The notes: generated by a model from the letters alone, not told the origin. Counted from the stretch's first letter, positions 1-9,376 are shown. The stretch: DNA of 64,000 bases from Bacillota bacterium (GCA_050951805.1 JBMNJT010000008.1:320001-384000), one strand, 5' to 3'. A program made the numbers and translations.

Positions 1-2
1 AC

Positions 3-53
3 AGGTTAATGGTAGAGTTTAAGTCGGGATTAGAAATAGAAGTGAATCTATAA
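3..53 (+). CDS. C-terminal end of a large serine recombinase (runs off the left edge)
   Basis: Frame from base 3 reads RLMVEFKSGLEIEVNL*. The 'VEFKSG.EI' ending is typical of Bacillota prophage/ICE serine recombinases. Only 16 codons are visible. Confidence 0.6.
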   Translation, partial: RLMVEFKSGLEIEVNL

Positions 54-68
54 GATTGTAATAAGATT

Positions 69-111
69 GCCGCCAGTTGAGGAGGAAACCTTCTTAATTG
101 GCGGCTTTTTT
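69..111 (+). terminator. Rho-independent terminator after recombinase
   Basis: GCCGCCAGTTGAGGAGG-AAA-CCTTCTTAATTGGCGGC followed by a T-run. Confidence 0.85.
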
Positions 112-114
112 ATT

Positions 115-169
115 TTTATACAAATGTATAAACAAATATATAGACAAATAAATATTTTTCATATATAAT
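115..169 (+). promoter_or_regulatory. sigmaA promoter with overlapping operator repeats
   Basis: TAGACA(141-146)-17bp-TATAAT(164-169); three TA.ACAAAT repeats at 12-bp period (117,129,141); palindrome TTTATACA-AA-TGTATAAA (115-132). Confidence 0.7.
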
Positions 170-188
170 TGTAATGAGGTGGTGAATT

Positions 189-590
189 ATGGATATTAGA
201 ATAGACAGCTTAATTCCCTTTGATTCATTGAAAACCAATATAGACCATGTATTCTCTGTTGTTGATAAAAACGGAAAAGTTGTTCTGCTTAAAGATAATA
301 AGCCGGTTTATATAGTCTTAAAATACGATGAAAATAATTTAACTGATGTAGGAATTAGCATGAGCGAAATGCCTAACTATACGCTTCATGAAGCTATGAG
401 AATTGTCTTATCAGAGGCGGAAAACAAAACGATGCATGCTGCTGAACTTGCCGATGAGATATATAGGCGTAGGCTGTATTTAAAAAAGGATGGCAGTAAG
501 GCGGAATATACACAGATAAGGGCAAGGTGCGGGCATTACCCTGATATGTTTGAAGCATTGCCGGGAAACCGTATCAAATTAAAAGATTAA
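189..590 (+). CDS. Phd/YefM-like N-terminal domain fused to winged-HTH (HARE-HTH-like) domain
   Basis: N-term 'IPFDSLKTNIDHVFSVVDKNGKVVLLKDNKPVYIVL' resembles Phd (compare 20546-20797); C-term 'TLHEAMRIVLSEAENKTMHAAELADEI' is wHTH-like; RBS GAGGTGG. Confidence 0.65.
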   Translation: MDIRIDSLIPFDSLKTNIDHVFSVVDKNGKVVLLKDNKPVYIVLKYDENNLTDVGISMSEMPNYTLHEAMRIVLSEAENKTMHAAELADEIYRRRLYLKKDGSKAEYTQIRARCGHYPDMFEALPGNRIKLKD

Positions 591-634
591 AGTATAGCGC
601 TAAGCATGAGGAGAAGCTATGGAAAGGTGATAAT

Positions 635-1369
635 ATGGCGGAACATTTGCTTGTAACAATAGGAAAAGCACGATTTAGTGATTCACAAAGACATCTTATT
701 CCTTTTGTTAATGACATAGAACATGATAAATTTCTTAACGATATTGAAAACACGCCCCATGCTTTTGTTTTAGCCTGCTTGATGGATAGGCAGATTAAAG
801 CGGAGCGAGCGTGGTCAATTCCCTTTAGAATAAGGGAGATTATAGGAAGCTTTAAAATTGATGATTTAGCCAGCGTTTCACTTGAAGAGTACAAGAATAT
901 TTTTAATAGAAATGTCTTGCATAGATTTAACGATACAATGGCAGAAGTGTTTTATTCTGCAGTTCAGGATATTAAAGTAAAGTATAATGGGGATGCTTCG
1001 CGAATATGGAGCAACAACCCTAGTAGCGCAAAAGTGGTTTATGAATTCTTGCAGTTTAAAGGAAGCGGCAAAAAAATTGCCACAATGGCGGCTAATATTC
1101 TTGCCACACAATTTAAGATCCCGTTTTCTGATTATTACTCAATTGACATATCACCAGATGTGCATATTCTAAGAGTAATGCGACGGACAGGTTTGGTTGA
1201 CAATAACGCTGATTTAGATTCAATTATCTATAAGGCAAGAGAGTTAAATCCTGAGTTTCCTGGGATTATAGATTTTTCATGCTGGGAGATCGGGCGAACC
1301 TGGTGCAGGCCGAGTAATCCTAATTGCAACGAATGTATTATTAATTCTGAATGCAAGAAGAGGGTTTAA
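635..1369 (+). CDS. HhH-GPD / endonuclease III-like DNA glycosylase with 4Fe-4S loop
   Basis: HhH 'FKGSGKKIATM', catalytic-Asp region 'SPDVHILRV', C-terminal CX6CX2CX5C (CRPSNPNCNECIINSEC). Confidence 0.8.
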   Translation: MAEHLLVTIGKARFSDSQRHLIPFVNDIEHDKFLNDIENTPHAFVLACLMDRQIKAERAWSIPFRIREIIGSFKIDDLASVSLEEYKNIFNRNVLHRFNDTMAEVFYSAVQDIKVKYNGDASRIWSNNPSSAKVVYEFLQFKGSGKKIATMAANILATQFKIPFSDYYSIDISPDVHILRVMRRTGLVDNNADLDSIIYKARELNPEFPGIIDFSCWEIGRTWCRPSNPNCNECIINSECKKRV

Positions 1370-1425
1370 ACAATTTTTACATAATAAGATATATTTTGCG
1401 GCAGTTTGCCTTGGAGGTGATATAG

Positions 1426-1971
1426 TTGAAACGTATAAGTGTTCTACTTGTAATAGGACTGGTAATTATAATCCTTGCTGGCTGTGGAGGGGTAGAAACA
1501 CGAGAAAAAATATTACCGGATGGTAGGAAACTTATAATTGATGCTGCTGGAAAAATCATATCTGATAGTAATCCTGAACCACTTGAAGGGTATACCTATG
1601 ACGAACAGATAGGACGGTATGTTAATGAAACTACCGGCATTTGGTATATCGTTGAAAATGGGCAAAAGGTAATACCGCCCGAAGAATACTTTGATCCTGA
1701 TGAAGTAGGCATACCCAGCGGTATAAATATTTCAAACCGTCCCGACGATGTATGGGAACTTAAAGAGGTACGTGAGGTAACCATTCAATCAGGAGATACG
1801 CTGGTTGATATTATCAACCCGTACTTTATGAATGAACATTACAGAATGAATTATGAATGGTATGCTAAACAGGTTCTGGAACTTAACAACATTACCGAAC
1901 CTAACTTTATAAAAGCGGGAGAAACTTTAAAGATACCGATTTATATTGACAAAGGTGCAAAAGTGAACTAG
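1426..1971 (+). CDS. LysM-domain lipoprotein
   Basis: Lipobox LAG-C after hydrophobic signal; C-terminal LysM 'TIQSGDTL...LNNITEPNFIKAGETLKIP'; TTG start with GGAGGTGA. Confidence 0.8.
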   Translation: MKRISVLLVIGLVIIILAGCGGVETREKILPDGRKLIIDAAGKIISDSNPEPLEGYTYDEQIGRYVNETTGIWYIVENGQKVIPPEEYFDPDEVGIPSGINISNRPDDVWELKEVREVTIQSGDTLVDIINPYFMNEHYRMNYEWYAKQVLELNNITEPNFIKAGETLKIPIYIDKGAKVN

Positions 1972-2083
1972 TGAGTGGTAGCATGAAACAGTTAAAAAAC
2001 GTGTTGCTGTTCTCTGCCTGGTTTCTATAAAAGACCGGAACAGGGTATTTTTATTATTGTTAAGCTGAAAGGGATGATAAAGA

Positions 2084-2557
2084 TTGGCTCAAATACAATC
2101 ATTGATGCGGGCTGTAATAAACTTTTATAATTTTAACAACAGAAATGCTCCCGTAGTAATCACAAGAGTAAAAGAACACGACAGTGAAAGAATGTGCATG
2201 GACAGACTAGAAAGAGCGATTTTTGACTCATGTGATGAAGAATGCAAGGCAACTCCATCAAGATATGCAATATGGGGAGAAGACATCCGTAGCCTTAGTA
2301 TTTCTGCAAAAGAAGCAATGAAAAACGGGAACATCGAACAAGCAGAAAAATTAATGAATCAAGTTATTAATAGTATGGGCGCATTTATAGACGCTCAATT
2401 GATACTCAGCAATTTGCCTGGAAACATCAGCTTTGTAAAATCCAAAGATATTATTAAATCCTATATTGCCAGACTGCAAGAGAACAGCGAGGTGTCAGAT
2501 TCTGAAAAGGACTATTTAATTGACAGCATGAAAGAGATAATGATTAGCATTGAGTAA
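2084..2557 (+). CDS. hypothetical protein (helical)
   Basis: 157-aa ORF with RBS-like AAGGGA and composition matching neighbours; no motif recognised. Confidence 0.6.
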   Translation: MAQIQSLMRAVINFYNFNNRNAPVVITRVKEHDSERMCMDRLERAIFDSCDEECKATPSRYAIWGEDIRSLSISAKEAMKNGNIEQAEKLMNQVINSMGAFIDAQLILSNLPGNISFVKSKDIIKSYIARLQENSEVSDSEKDYLIDSMKEIMISIE

Positions 2558-2843
2558 AAGGATTGATTAACTGATGAGTTATTCATCATGCAATCGGAAT
2601 CCGGATTCGAATTCCTTATGAAATATAGTTTGCGATATAAAGGTCTTCAAACCTGATGCCAAAAAACCTTTAATAATTAAATTTTATTATAGCAAAAGCT
2701 TCGAACATCGCTCTGGTAGTTATGAACATAGCTTGAAGTCTGAGAAAAGACTTGATGTTAACAATCATTTGAATAATTGGGACATGCTGAAATAGCGCAT
2801 GTTTCGATTTGTTTAAGATTTAAATTATAGGTGGCGAACAAAA

Positions 2844-4235
2844 ATGAAAATTGCTTTGATTTCTTGCACAAGTAGGAAAAAATCATATAAATGCCAAGCA
2901 AAAGATTTATATTCAGAAAGCTCGCGGTTTCAGCTGGCCTTTTCTTTTGCAAAGCTTATTGCAGATAAAATATTTATCCTTTCTGCAAAATATGGCTTAA
3001 TACCAGAGAACATGATTATCGAACCTTATAATGAAACCTTGAAAGATAAAAGTACTCAGGAACGCCGTGCATGGGCAGAAATGGTGCTAAACGAATTAAG
3101 AAAGGTTTCAGATCTAGAGCATGATGAGTTTATTGTTTTAGCTGGTGAAGTTTATCATGAAAATTTGTTGCCCCATATGAATCATTTTTGGCTTCCTTTG
3201 AAAGGTAAACGTCAAGGGGAATGGATTCCAGAGTTAGAGAGATTGATTAAGCTTGAAAAAGAATCGGATAAAACAAAGGTTCTTCATATGCTTTTTAATA
3301 GTTTGCCTCGTCTGGATTGGTCAATAATTAACAGTATTCCTTATAAAAATGGTATATATATAATGTTTGAAAAAGGCGAGAATTATCATGGTATGGATAG
3401 AATAGTCAGAGTAGGTACCCATAGAGGTCAAGACCGTTTGTTGCAAAGATTAAGAGAACACTTTGTGAAAGAGGATGCTGACGGTAGTATTTTCCGTAAA
3501 AATATCGGTAGGGCTTTTTTGAAAATGGCATCGGATCCATATTTACAAGTGTGGGAAATTGATATGCATAATTCTGAAAACGAAAGAAACTATGGACACT
3601 TAATAAATGAAGGGCTTGAAACTGAACTTGAGGCAAAAATTAGCCGATATTTAAGAGATAACATCACCTTTGTTTGTTTTCCGGTTGATAAAGAAGCTGA
3701 GCGATTGAGGTTAGAAGAAGGTATTATTGCATCACTAAACAGGCATTCATCATTTGGCCCGAGCAGCAATTGGCTTGGTTTGCATAGCCCTGTGCCTGAG
3801 ATTGCAAACAGTGGCCTTTGGAATAGACAGGGTTTGCTGGGACAACCTTTATCTGATGAAGAATTAGAGCGGGTTGTGTGGCTTGCCAGATTTGGAAACG
3901 ATAGTTACAGAAACAATACGGGGCATAGAGCACGTGTACAAAGAGCAAAAGATAGTGTCAGGGTGGCTGTTGAAGCTACGGGTTCACAAGGGAAAACAGC
4001 CGATGATGTAAGGCAGTATATAGAAAAATTGTTACAGGAAGCAAAATTGCGAGGCGAGGACTATATTGATTTGGTTTCAGGGGATATTCATAAGCAGATG
4101 GGTATGAAAAACAGGATGCCGCAGATATGCAGGATTATGTATGAGAAAATGATGCCTGGTGATGAAGTTTTACATACTACTCCCAGCGGTTATAGTTCGA
4201 CTATAAAAATCAGGTATGACCTCAGAAATAGATAA
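2844..4235 (+). CDS. Three-domain protein: DUF6884/YaaA-like N-term + GIY-YIG-like nuclease + small C-terminal DNA-binding-like domain
   Basis: 'LISCTSRKK..AKDLY...ILSAKYGLI...IEPYNETL' (DUF6884-like, from memory); 'GIYIMFE...IVRVGTH...LLQRLREHF...LEEGII' (GIY-YIG pattern); C-term 'SGDIHKQMGMKNRMPQICRIM'. Confidence 0.65.
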   Translation: MKIALISCTSRKKSYKCQAKDLYSESSRFQLAFSFAKLIADKIFILSAKYGLIPENMIIEPYNETLKDKSTQERRAWAEMVLNELRKVSDLEHDEFIVLAGEVYHENLLPHMNHFWLPLKGKRQGEWIPELERLIKLEKESDKTKVLHMLFNSLPRLDWSIINSIPYKNGIYIMFEKGENYHGMDRIVRVGTHRGQDRLLQRLREHFVKEDADGSIFRKNIGRAFLKMASDPYLQVWEIDMHNSENERNYGHLINEGLETELEAKISRYLRDNITFVCFPVDKEAERLRLEEGIIASLNRHSSFGPSSNWLGLHSPVPEIANSGLWNRQGLLGQPLSDEELERVVWLARFGNDSYRNNTGHRARVQRAKDSVRVAVEATGSQGKTADDVRQYIEKLLQEAKLRGEDYIDLVSGDIHKQMGMKNRMPQICRIMYEKMMPGDEVLHTTPSGYSSTIKIRYDLRNR

Positions 4236-4290
4236 GGCAAAGAAGTAGTGGATTAATAATGACTGCTATGTAGCAAAGAGGTGCGGAAAA

Positions 4291-4863
4291 GTGGCTGTTA
4301 ATTATAAAAAATGCCCTAAATGCGGGTCTAAGAATTCGGTTAAAATTGTATATGGCATGCCGAGTTTTAAGCTTTTTCAGGAAGCTGAAGCCAGAAAAGT
4401 AAAATTGGGCGGTTGTTGCATTATAGAAGGCGGTCCGGAATACTACTGCAAGGATTGTAAAAATGAGTGGAACCGGGAGCAGGTGCTTGACATCATATAC
4501 GGTCAGATTAAAGGGCTTAAAGCATCAGTGGGTGGTTACTTTGGCGGGTATTATCATGTAGATATTGATTTGAAAAATCTTAAAACTACATGGCTGTTCA
4601 AAGAGGGTGGTTCTGAAAAAACCAGTACAAGATCCATCCGAAATAAAACTGCAGAAGAATTCATTAAGAGTTTAAAAGAGATCAATCTGCTGAACTGGAA
4701 AGCAAAATACGTAGAACCCGGAGTCTGTGACGGGACTCAATGGAGCGTTGAAATAATTACAGACGGGAGAACCGTCAGAAAATATGGCGACAATAAGTTT
4801 CCAGAAGAATGGAGGCAGTTCTGTAAAGTGATTAAAAGAATAACGGGAAAGGAATTCAGGTGA
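4291..4863 (+). CDS. Zn-ribbon-containing hypothetical protein
   Basis: CPKC ... GGCC ... YYCKDC; C-terminal 'VCDGTQWSVEI'. Confidence 0.65.
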   Translation: MAVNYKKCPKCGSKNSVKIVYGMPSFKLFQEAEARKVKLGGCCIIEGGPEYYCKDCKNEWNREQVLDIIYGQIKGLKASVGGYFGGYYHVDIDLKNLKTTWLFKEGGSEKTSTRSIRNKTAEEFIKSLKEINLLNWKAKYVEPGVCDGTQWSVEIITDGRTVRKYGDNKFPEEWRQFCKVIKRITGKEFR

Positions 4864-5513
4864 AAGTGATGAAAGCCTTTCAGATAAAAATCGAATTAAT
4901 TGATTCCGAACCACTAATATGGAGAAGGGTAGTTATCCCGGCGGATGTTACCTTCAGACGCCTGCATGACACAATACAATTTTCAATGGGTTGGCGGGAT
5001 TATCATCTTTATGAATTTGAGTTTCCGCAGGAGAAACTCAGAATTACAAATGACGAAGAATCCTATGAGGTATTTAAATTTTACTCTGCCAAGTACAAAA
5101 GCAAAAAGCCAACAAGAAAGGAAGACCCTCATGGCATTATAGCCAGGATAATTGAAACAACCGTTAGACAGCCTCAAACGGTCAAAATTGATAACTATCT
5201 GGAAAAATATAAGACCCTTGAGTACATTTATGACTTTGGCGATTATTGGAGACATAAAATTGAACTGGAAAAAACCATTGAAGATTATGAGTTTGGTTAC
5301 CCTATAATACTTGCAGGCGCGGGGGCTTGTCCGCCGGAAGATGTAGGTGGTTTTGGCGGTTACAAAGAATTTCTTGAAGCATGGAATGACCTTAAGCATC
5401 CGGAACATGAATCAATGCGGCAATGGGGAGAAAGCCAGCATTACAGGGAATTTGACATTGACTTTAGGAATGATCTGCTAAAGACATGCTTGAAAATCAA
5501 AAAAGTAAAGTAG
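4860..5513 (+). CDS. plasmid pRiA4b ORF-3 family protein
   Basis: 'PLIWRRVVIP..VTFRRLHDTIQFSMGWRDYHLYEF', 'YIYDFGDYWRHKI', 'GACPPEDVGGFGGY'. Confidence 0.9.
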   Translation: MKVMKAFQIKIELIDSEPLIWRRVVIPADVTFRRLHDTIQFSMGWRDYHLYEFEFPQEKLRITNDEESYEVFKFYSAKYKSKKPTRKEDPHGIIARIIETTVRQPQTVKIDNYLEKYKTLEYIYDFGDYWRHKIELEKTIEDYEFGYPIILAGAGACPPEDVGGFGGYKEFLEAWNDLKHPEHESMRQWGESQHYREFDIDFRNDLLKTCLKIKKVK

Positions 5514-5581
5514 TGGAGGAAGACGACTTATTCCTCAAGAGTCATATTTTAGGTTTCAATGGGCTATGCTGATATACTTCC

Positions 5582-5669
5582 TGCGTAGATATGTTCCCGT
5601 GAACAGCGATTTTTCAAAAATGTCCGAAAAACTCATTGACATGTTCCCGTAAACGTAAGGTTCAAAAAA
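5582..5669 (+). repeat. Two imperfect direct repeats, 50 bp apart, mimicking the rlmD 'DMFP' codons
   Basis: GATATGTTCCCGTGAAC (5588) and GACATGTTCCCGTAAAC (5638), each followed by TTCAAAAA; they read CVDMFP* and LIDMFP*. Confidence 0.75.
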
Positions 5670-5699
5670 TTAGCCCAAGACATCAATCCGAGCGGCTCG

Positions 5700-5741
5700 T
5701 GCCATATTGAGGCAGTAGCGCGCCTGGAACGACCAGATTAG
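5700..5741 (+). pseudogene. rlmD: Displaced 3' end of rlmD/rumA (attR)
   Basis: Reads CHIEAVARLERPD*, matching the RlmD C-terminus 'DMFPxTxHVExVAxL'; coincides with the base-composition switch. Confidence 0.7.
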
Positions 5742-5833
5742 GCGAGTCTATGCCCTGGACGACTATTCTGGTCCTACTGGCGCTGTGAGGAGTGCCCTGT
5801 TCTACTGCATTGACAGGTCAACCTCCAAACGAC

Positions 5834-5960
5834 AAAATCGAATGGCTTGGTTTTCTTGGATTCTTGGGCTTTATGGGTTTCCTGAAATCGTATATGGGCG
5901 AACCGCAGTACATCTTCTTTGCTCCTCCGTTCATTTCTTATCTACTACTACGATCAGGTA
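5834..5960 (+). pseudogene. Remnant of small membrane protein
   Basis: 'WLGFLGFLGFMGFL' motif immediately before an XRE regulator; no clean start. Confidence 0.4.
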
Positions 5961-5967
5961 GAGTAAG

Positions 5968-6195
5968 ATGGCCAAATTCAGGTGCAATCTGAAGAAATAC
6001 AGACAACTGGCGAACTTGACTCAAGAAGAGCTTGCTCAGATGGTAAACGGCTGTAGAGAAACTATCCAACAGTTGGAAGCCGGGAAATACACCCTATCCT
6101 CGAGGCCGGCAATCGATATTTCAAGAGTTGTTAAGGCTCCTATCGAAGATATATCTATTCTTGACCGAGGTTCTCGCGCCTGGCATTTATCCTAA
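5968..6195 (+). CDS. XRE-family HTH regulator (possibly degenerate)
   Basis: 'LKKYRQLANLTQEELAQMVNGCRETIQQLEAGKY'. Confidence 0.7.
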   Translation: MAKFRCNLKKYRQLANLTQEELAQMVNGCRETIQQLEAGKYTLSSRPAIDISRVVKAPIEDISILDRGSRAWHLS

Positions 6196-6460
6196 CAAAA
6201 AGGGCATTTACCCAGTCGGCTAGCGTAAGCCGCCCCACCAACCCGTTCGGAGACATTAACGAGGTTGGGATAGGGAAAAGGACGGATTCAGGCGGCAACG
6301 GAGGAAATCCGTCATGCTGCAGCTTCTATGGTATGAATACAAGAGTTCTGCAGCATAAATGGCAGACTGCGTGCAAGAATGGTAGTCTCTTATCTGTTGG
6401 AACCTTGTTGCTCATCTTGCTGCCTGTGATTGGATTAAAAGCTCACAGAACGTGCTAATC

Positions 6461-6514
6461 AGTGGGTGTATGGGCGCAGGCTATTATTGTCTTGCCTGCG
6501 CCCATACACCCACT
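6461..6514. repeat. Perfect 21-bp inverted repeat, 12-nt loop
   Basis: AGTGGGTGTATGGGCGCAGGC / GCCTGCGCCCATACACCCACT. Confidence 0.9.
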
Positions 6515-6762
6515 CTGCTGATACTACATAGAGTGCTGCGCCTCATATCCGAACTGGCCATCGCCCGCGGAGACCGATCATGCTGGTCAGACTCTCCGAG
6601 ATACGTTTGCTTGTCCTGAACAAGTGGAAAGCAGGAGATATTGCTTTGCGTCGCGCCTCGCTCCTACTCGATCAACCGGGGGCTTGCGGGAACCACTGGA
6701 TTCTTTGCTCCGGAACGGGTAGACGGTTTTTAGTGGCATACGCAATGGCGGCACTTGGCCAG

Positions 6763-7608
6763 TCATTGATCAGCTGGCATCCACGCTACTCCCAACCCGG
6801 TTGGCCCGACATGAGTTCCTATTACTGCTCCGCATTGCACAAGGTAGGCTTCCTTGCATACAAAAGCGCCCTGGACCGCGGTAAACCACTCCCTGGCGCG
6901 GTCGTGTGTGTTGGTATGGATCACTGCCACTTTTATGGCGCCATTTCCCACGTCCTTGCGTATGCATTCCATCACGCGTTCTAGAACCCGCTTGGATCCC
7001 CTTACTTTGGCCATTGGAGTCAATTCGCCGTCTTCCAGAGCTATGATGGGTTTGACTGAAAGTAAGGATCCAAACATCGATGCGGCTTTCCCTATTCGCC
7101 CATTTCGCATCAGGTGTTCTAGCGAGTCGACCGTAAAGGCTAGTCTGGTGGTATCCATGGCCTTTTGAACTGCATGAAGCACGTGTTCGCGGCTTGAGCC
7201 TGCTGCTGCGGCTTGCAGGGCTTCCATTGCAATGAATCCTTGTGCCATGGATGCCGCTCTCGTGTCGATCACTTCGATTCTGTTTGGACTGACAGCGTCT
7301 CGGGCAATACAAGCAGATTGGTATGTGCCGGAAAGCTTCTCTGAGATGTGGAGCGAAATCACTGCGTCGTGCTTTTTGAGCAAGATTTCATATAGGTTGA
7401 TGAAATCTGCTGGAGAAGGCTGGGATGTGGAAGGAAGAACCCCCGATGTATTCAGCTTGTCAAAGAATTGCTCGGGTGTAATATCTACCTGATCCCGGAA
7501 TTGATCCTCGCCGAAAAGGACGCGAATTGGTACAACATGAATCTGTCCAGCTTCTCGAACTTCATTTGGCAGGTCTGATGCAGAGTCAGTCACCACGGCT
7601 ATCTTCAT
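6763..7608 (-). CDS. DegV family fatty-acid-binding protein (FakB-like)
   Basis: 'MKIAVVTDSASDL', 'STSQPSP', 'ISEKLSGTYQSA', 'GRIG', 'IGTHVGP'; start trimmed to ATG 7608 after GAGGGTGA. Confidence 0.93.
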   Translation of the reverse strand: MKIAVVTDSASDLPNEVREAGQIHVVPIRVLFGEDQFRDQVDITPEQFFDKLNTSGVLPSTSQPSPADFINLYEILLKKHDAVISLHISEKLSGTYQSACIARDAVSPNRIEVIDTRAASMAQGFIAMEALQAAAAGSSREHVLHAVQKAMDTTRLAFTVDSLEHLMRNGRIGKAASMFGSLLSVKPIIALEDGELTPMAKVRGSKRVLERVMECIRKDVGNGAIKVAVIHTNTHDRAREWFTAVQGAFVCKEAYLVQCGAVIGTHVGPTGLGVAWMPADQ

Positions 7609-7933
7609 TTCGTCACCCTCAAACGGTATTTTCGGATGCTGACTGTATAGGGCGCCATTCGAAAAGCGGGGAAATCGGGCTGTAGGGGCCGGAGGCGCTG
7701 TTAGGCTATTGAAGCTGTCGGCATCCAAAAAGTATTTTGTACATCAAACAATATGATAAACAAATCATATAATGCCGTTTCGTGTTTGTCAATTAGTTTG
7801 GAATACCGGAGCTTGAGCTGCTGTAGCGTTGGGACCAGCAGAACAGTCAATTCCAAGGTGTACCGCTCTCAGACGACTGGGGGAGGACCGCCTGTCCCGT
7901 GCAGGCTTGTAGTCACTTGCTGACATACTGACG

Positions 7934-8095
7934 ATGGCCATTACGGACAAAGGGGCGCTTTGCGTAGTCAACATTGAGCCTCTACAGAAGAGTTACAGCA
8001 ATGAACGCGAGGTTACACACGTGTTGCGCGACATTACTCTGTACGTATGCGCCGGGGAGCGTTTTTCCGTGATGGGCCCGCTGGGCTCGGGCATG
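7934..8095 (+). pseudogene. 5' remnant of LolD-like ABC ATP-binding gene
   Basis: 'LQKSYSNEREVTHVLRDITLYVCAGERFSVMGPLGSG' with decayed Walker A, then similarity ends. Confidence 0.6.
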
Positions 8096-8484
8096 CGATT
8101 GCCAGCAGGCTTCTCTGCTCCGAGGCTTGGGTGGATGCGGTTCAACTACGAGCCTTTTTGGGGGTGAGACTCGGTCGGCGGTGCTTTTTCTGCTGTCTGC
8201 TTTTCCAGTAGGCTGCTCTTTTGGCGTCTAGCCTGCAGCAAAACTGCCAGACTCAACCAGGTAGAATTCCTTGGAAGTGAGTGGCAGGGGGAACAAGTGA
8301 AAGACCTGGATGTCATGTCTGTGCCATGCCCTAGACGGAGGTTAGCGCTAGGAGTTTGCCCGTCGAGTGTCATCGCAGGCAAAGCGAATATGGTATATAA
8401 TTTGGATTGTGGCTTAGAAATGCTTGTAGCAGCGTTTTTGTTGGCTTTGATGTTGAACTCGATGCCAATGGCGGTGATTTGCAG

Positions 8485-9012
8485 TTGAAGTCAGGCAATC
8501 TGCAGCGACAAGTGCAGCTGGCAATTTTGACAGCTGTAGCTCTTGTCCTTCACATGATAGAGTCCGTGTTGCCCCCGCTGCCAGTGCCGGGAGCGAAGAT
8601 AGGCCTTGCGAATGTTGCGACATTAGTATGCCTGCGCCATATGGGATTTTGGCCTGGCGTTGCAGTTAGTGCAGTTCGTAGCATACTTGGAAGCATGATA
8701 TCCGGCAAGTTCTGGGGTTTGGGGTTCTGGATGAGCTTTGTGGGCGCAACTGCGAGTGCCGTGGCCATGGGCATTAGCCTTCAAGTTGTTGCCAGTGGAA
8801 CATCGCTCGTTTGGACTAGCGTCGTCGGAGGAGTAGTCCATGCCAGTTGCCAGTTGATCATTGCTGTAGCCGCTATGAGACAACCTGCGCTCCTTGCTGG
8901 TGCTCCGGTTTTGCTAGGGCTTTCGATAATCACTGCCGTTTCGATCGGCTTGGTATGCGATAATCTTGATGCGCCTGTCCGGCGTCTGATACAGGCAAAC
9001 AAGAGAAGGTGA
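8485..9012 (+). CDS. Gx transporter / heptaprenyl diphosphate synthase component I family membrane protein
   Basis: 'ALVLHMIESVLPPLPVPGAKIGLANV'; multi-TM; start uncertain. Confidence 0.85.
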   Translation: MKSGNLQRQVQLAILTAVALVLHMIESVLPPLPVPGAKIGLANVATLVCLRHMGFWPGVAVSAVRSILGSMISGKFWGLGFWMSFVGATASAVAMGISLQVVASGTSLVWTSVVGGVVHASCQLIIAVAAMRQPALLAGAPVLLGLSIITAVSIGLVCDNLDAPVRRLIQANKRR

Positions 9013-9019
9013 TGCATAC

Positions 9020-9376
9020 ATGAGACGCAGGGCATTGCCTATCCTGCTTGTTTTGGTGTTCGGTGTAGCGCTAGTGGCTTTCGGAATGTATGAGCAGAAA
9101 AAATCCCCCGAAGGCTCGGTGGTGGTTGTAAAGTCCATAGGCGAAGATTACAACAGGATAGTCGCCCGACAGCCTCTATCATCGGATGAGAAAGTGATTA
9201 TCCCGGTTGAAGGACCGTTGGGCACTACCGTAGTAGAGGTTGTTGGAGGAAGGGCTCATGTGGTCTCGTCACCCTGCCCTGACAAGATATGTGTGCGAAT
9301 GGGCTGGCTGAAACGTGTAGGCGACTACAGCGCATGCCTTCCCAATAGGGTTCTTGTTGAAGTAGTTGATGAGTGA
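9020..9376 (+). CDS. NusG domain II-containing protein
   Basis: N-terminal TM; 'SPCPDKICVRMGWL...SACLPNRV'. Confidence 0.9.
   Translation: MRRRALPILLVLVFGVALVAFGMYEQKKSPEGSVVVVKSIGEDYNRIVARQPLSSDEKVIIPVEGPLGTTVVEVVGGRAHVVSSPCPDKICVRMGWLKRVGDYSACLPNRVLVEVVDE

Larger units (their letters stand above)
1..5700. mobile_element. Right end of an AT-rich integrative element/prophage inserted in rlmD
   Basis: Visibly AT-rich up to ~5.7 kb, then GC-rich. Recombinase tail at left; displaced rlmD 3' end at 5700-5741. Confidence 0.75.

Noticed and set aside
5582-5690. 50-bp repeats as a CRISPR mini-array
   Set aside because: Only two imperfect, non-palindromic units; better explained by the rlmD att motif.
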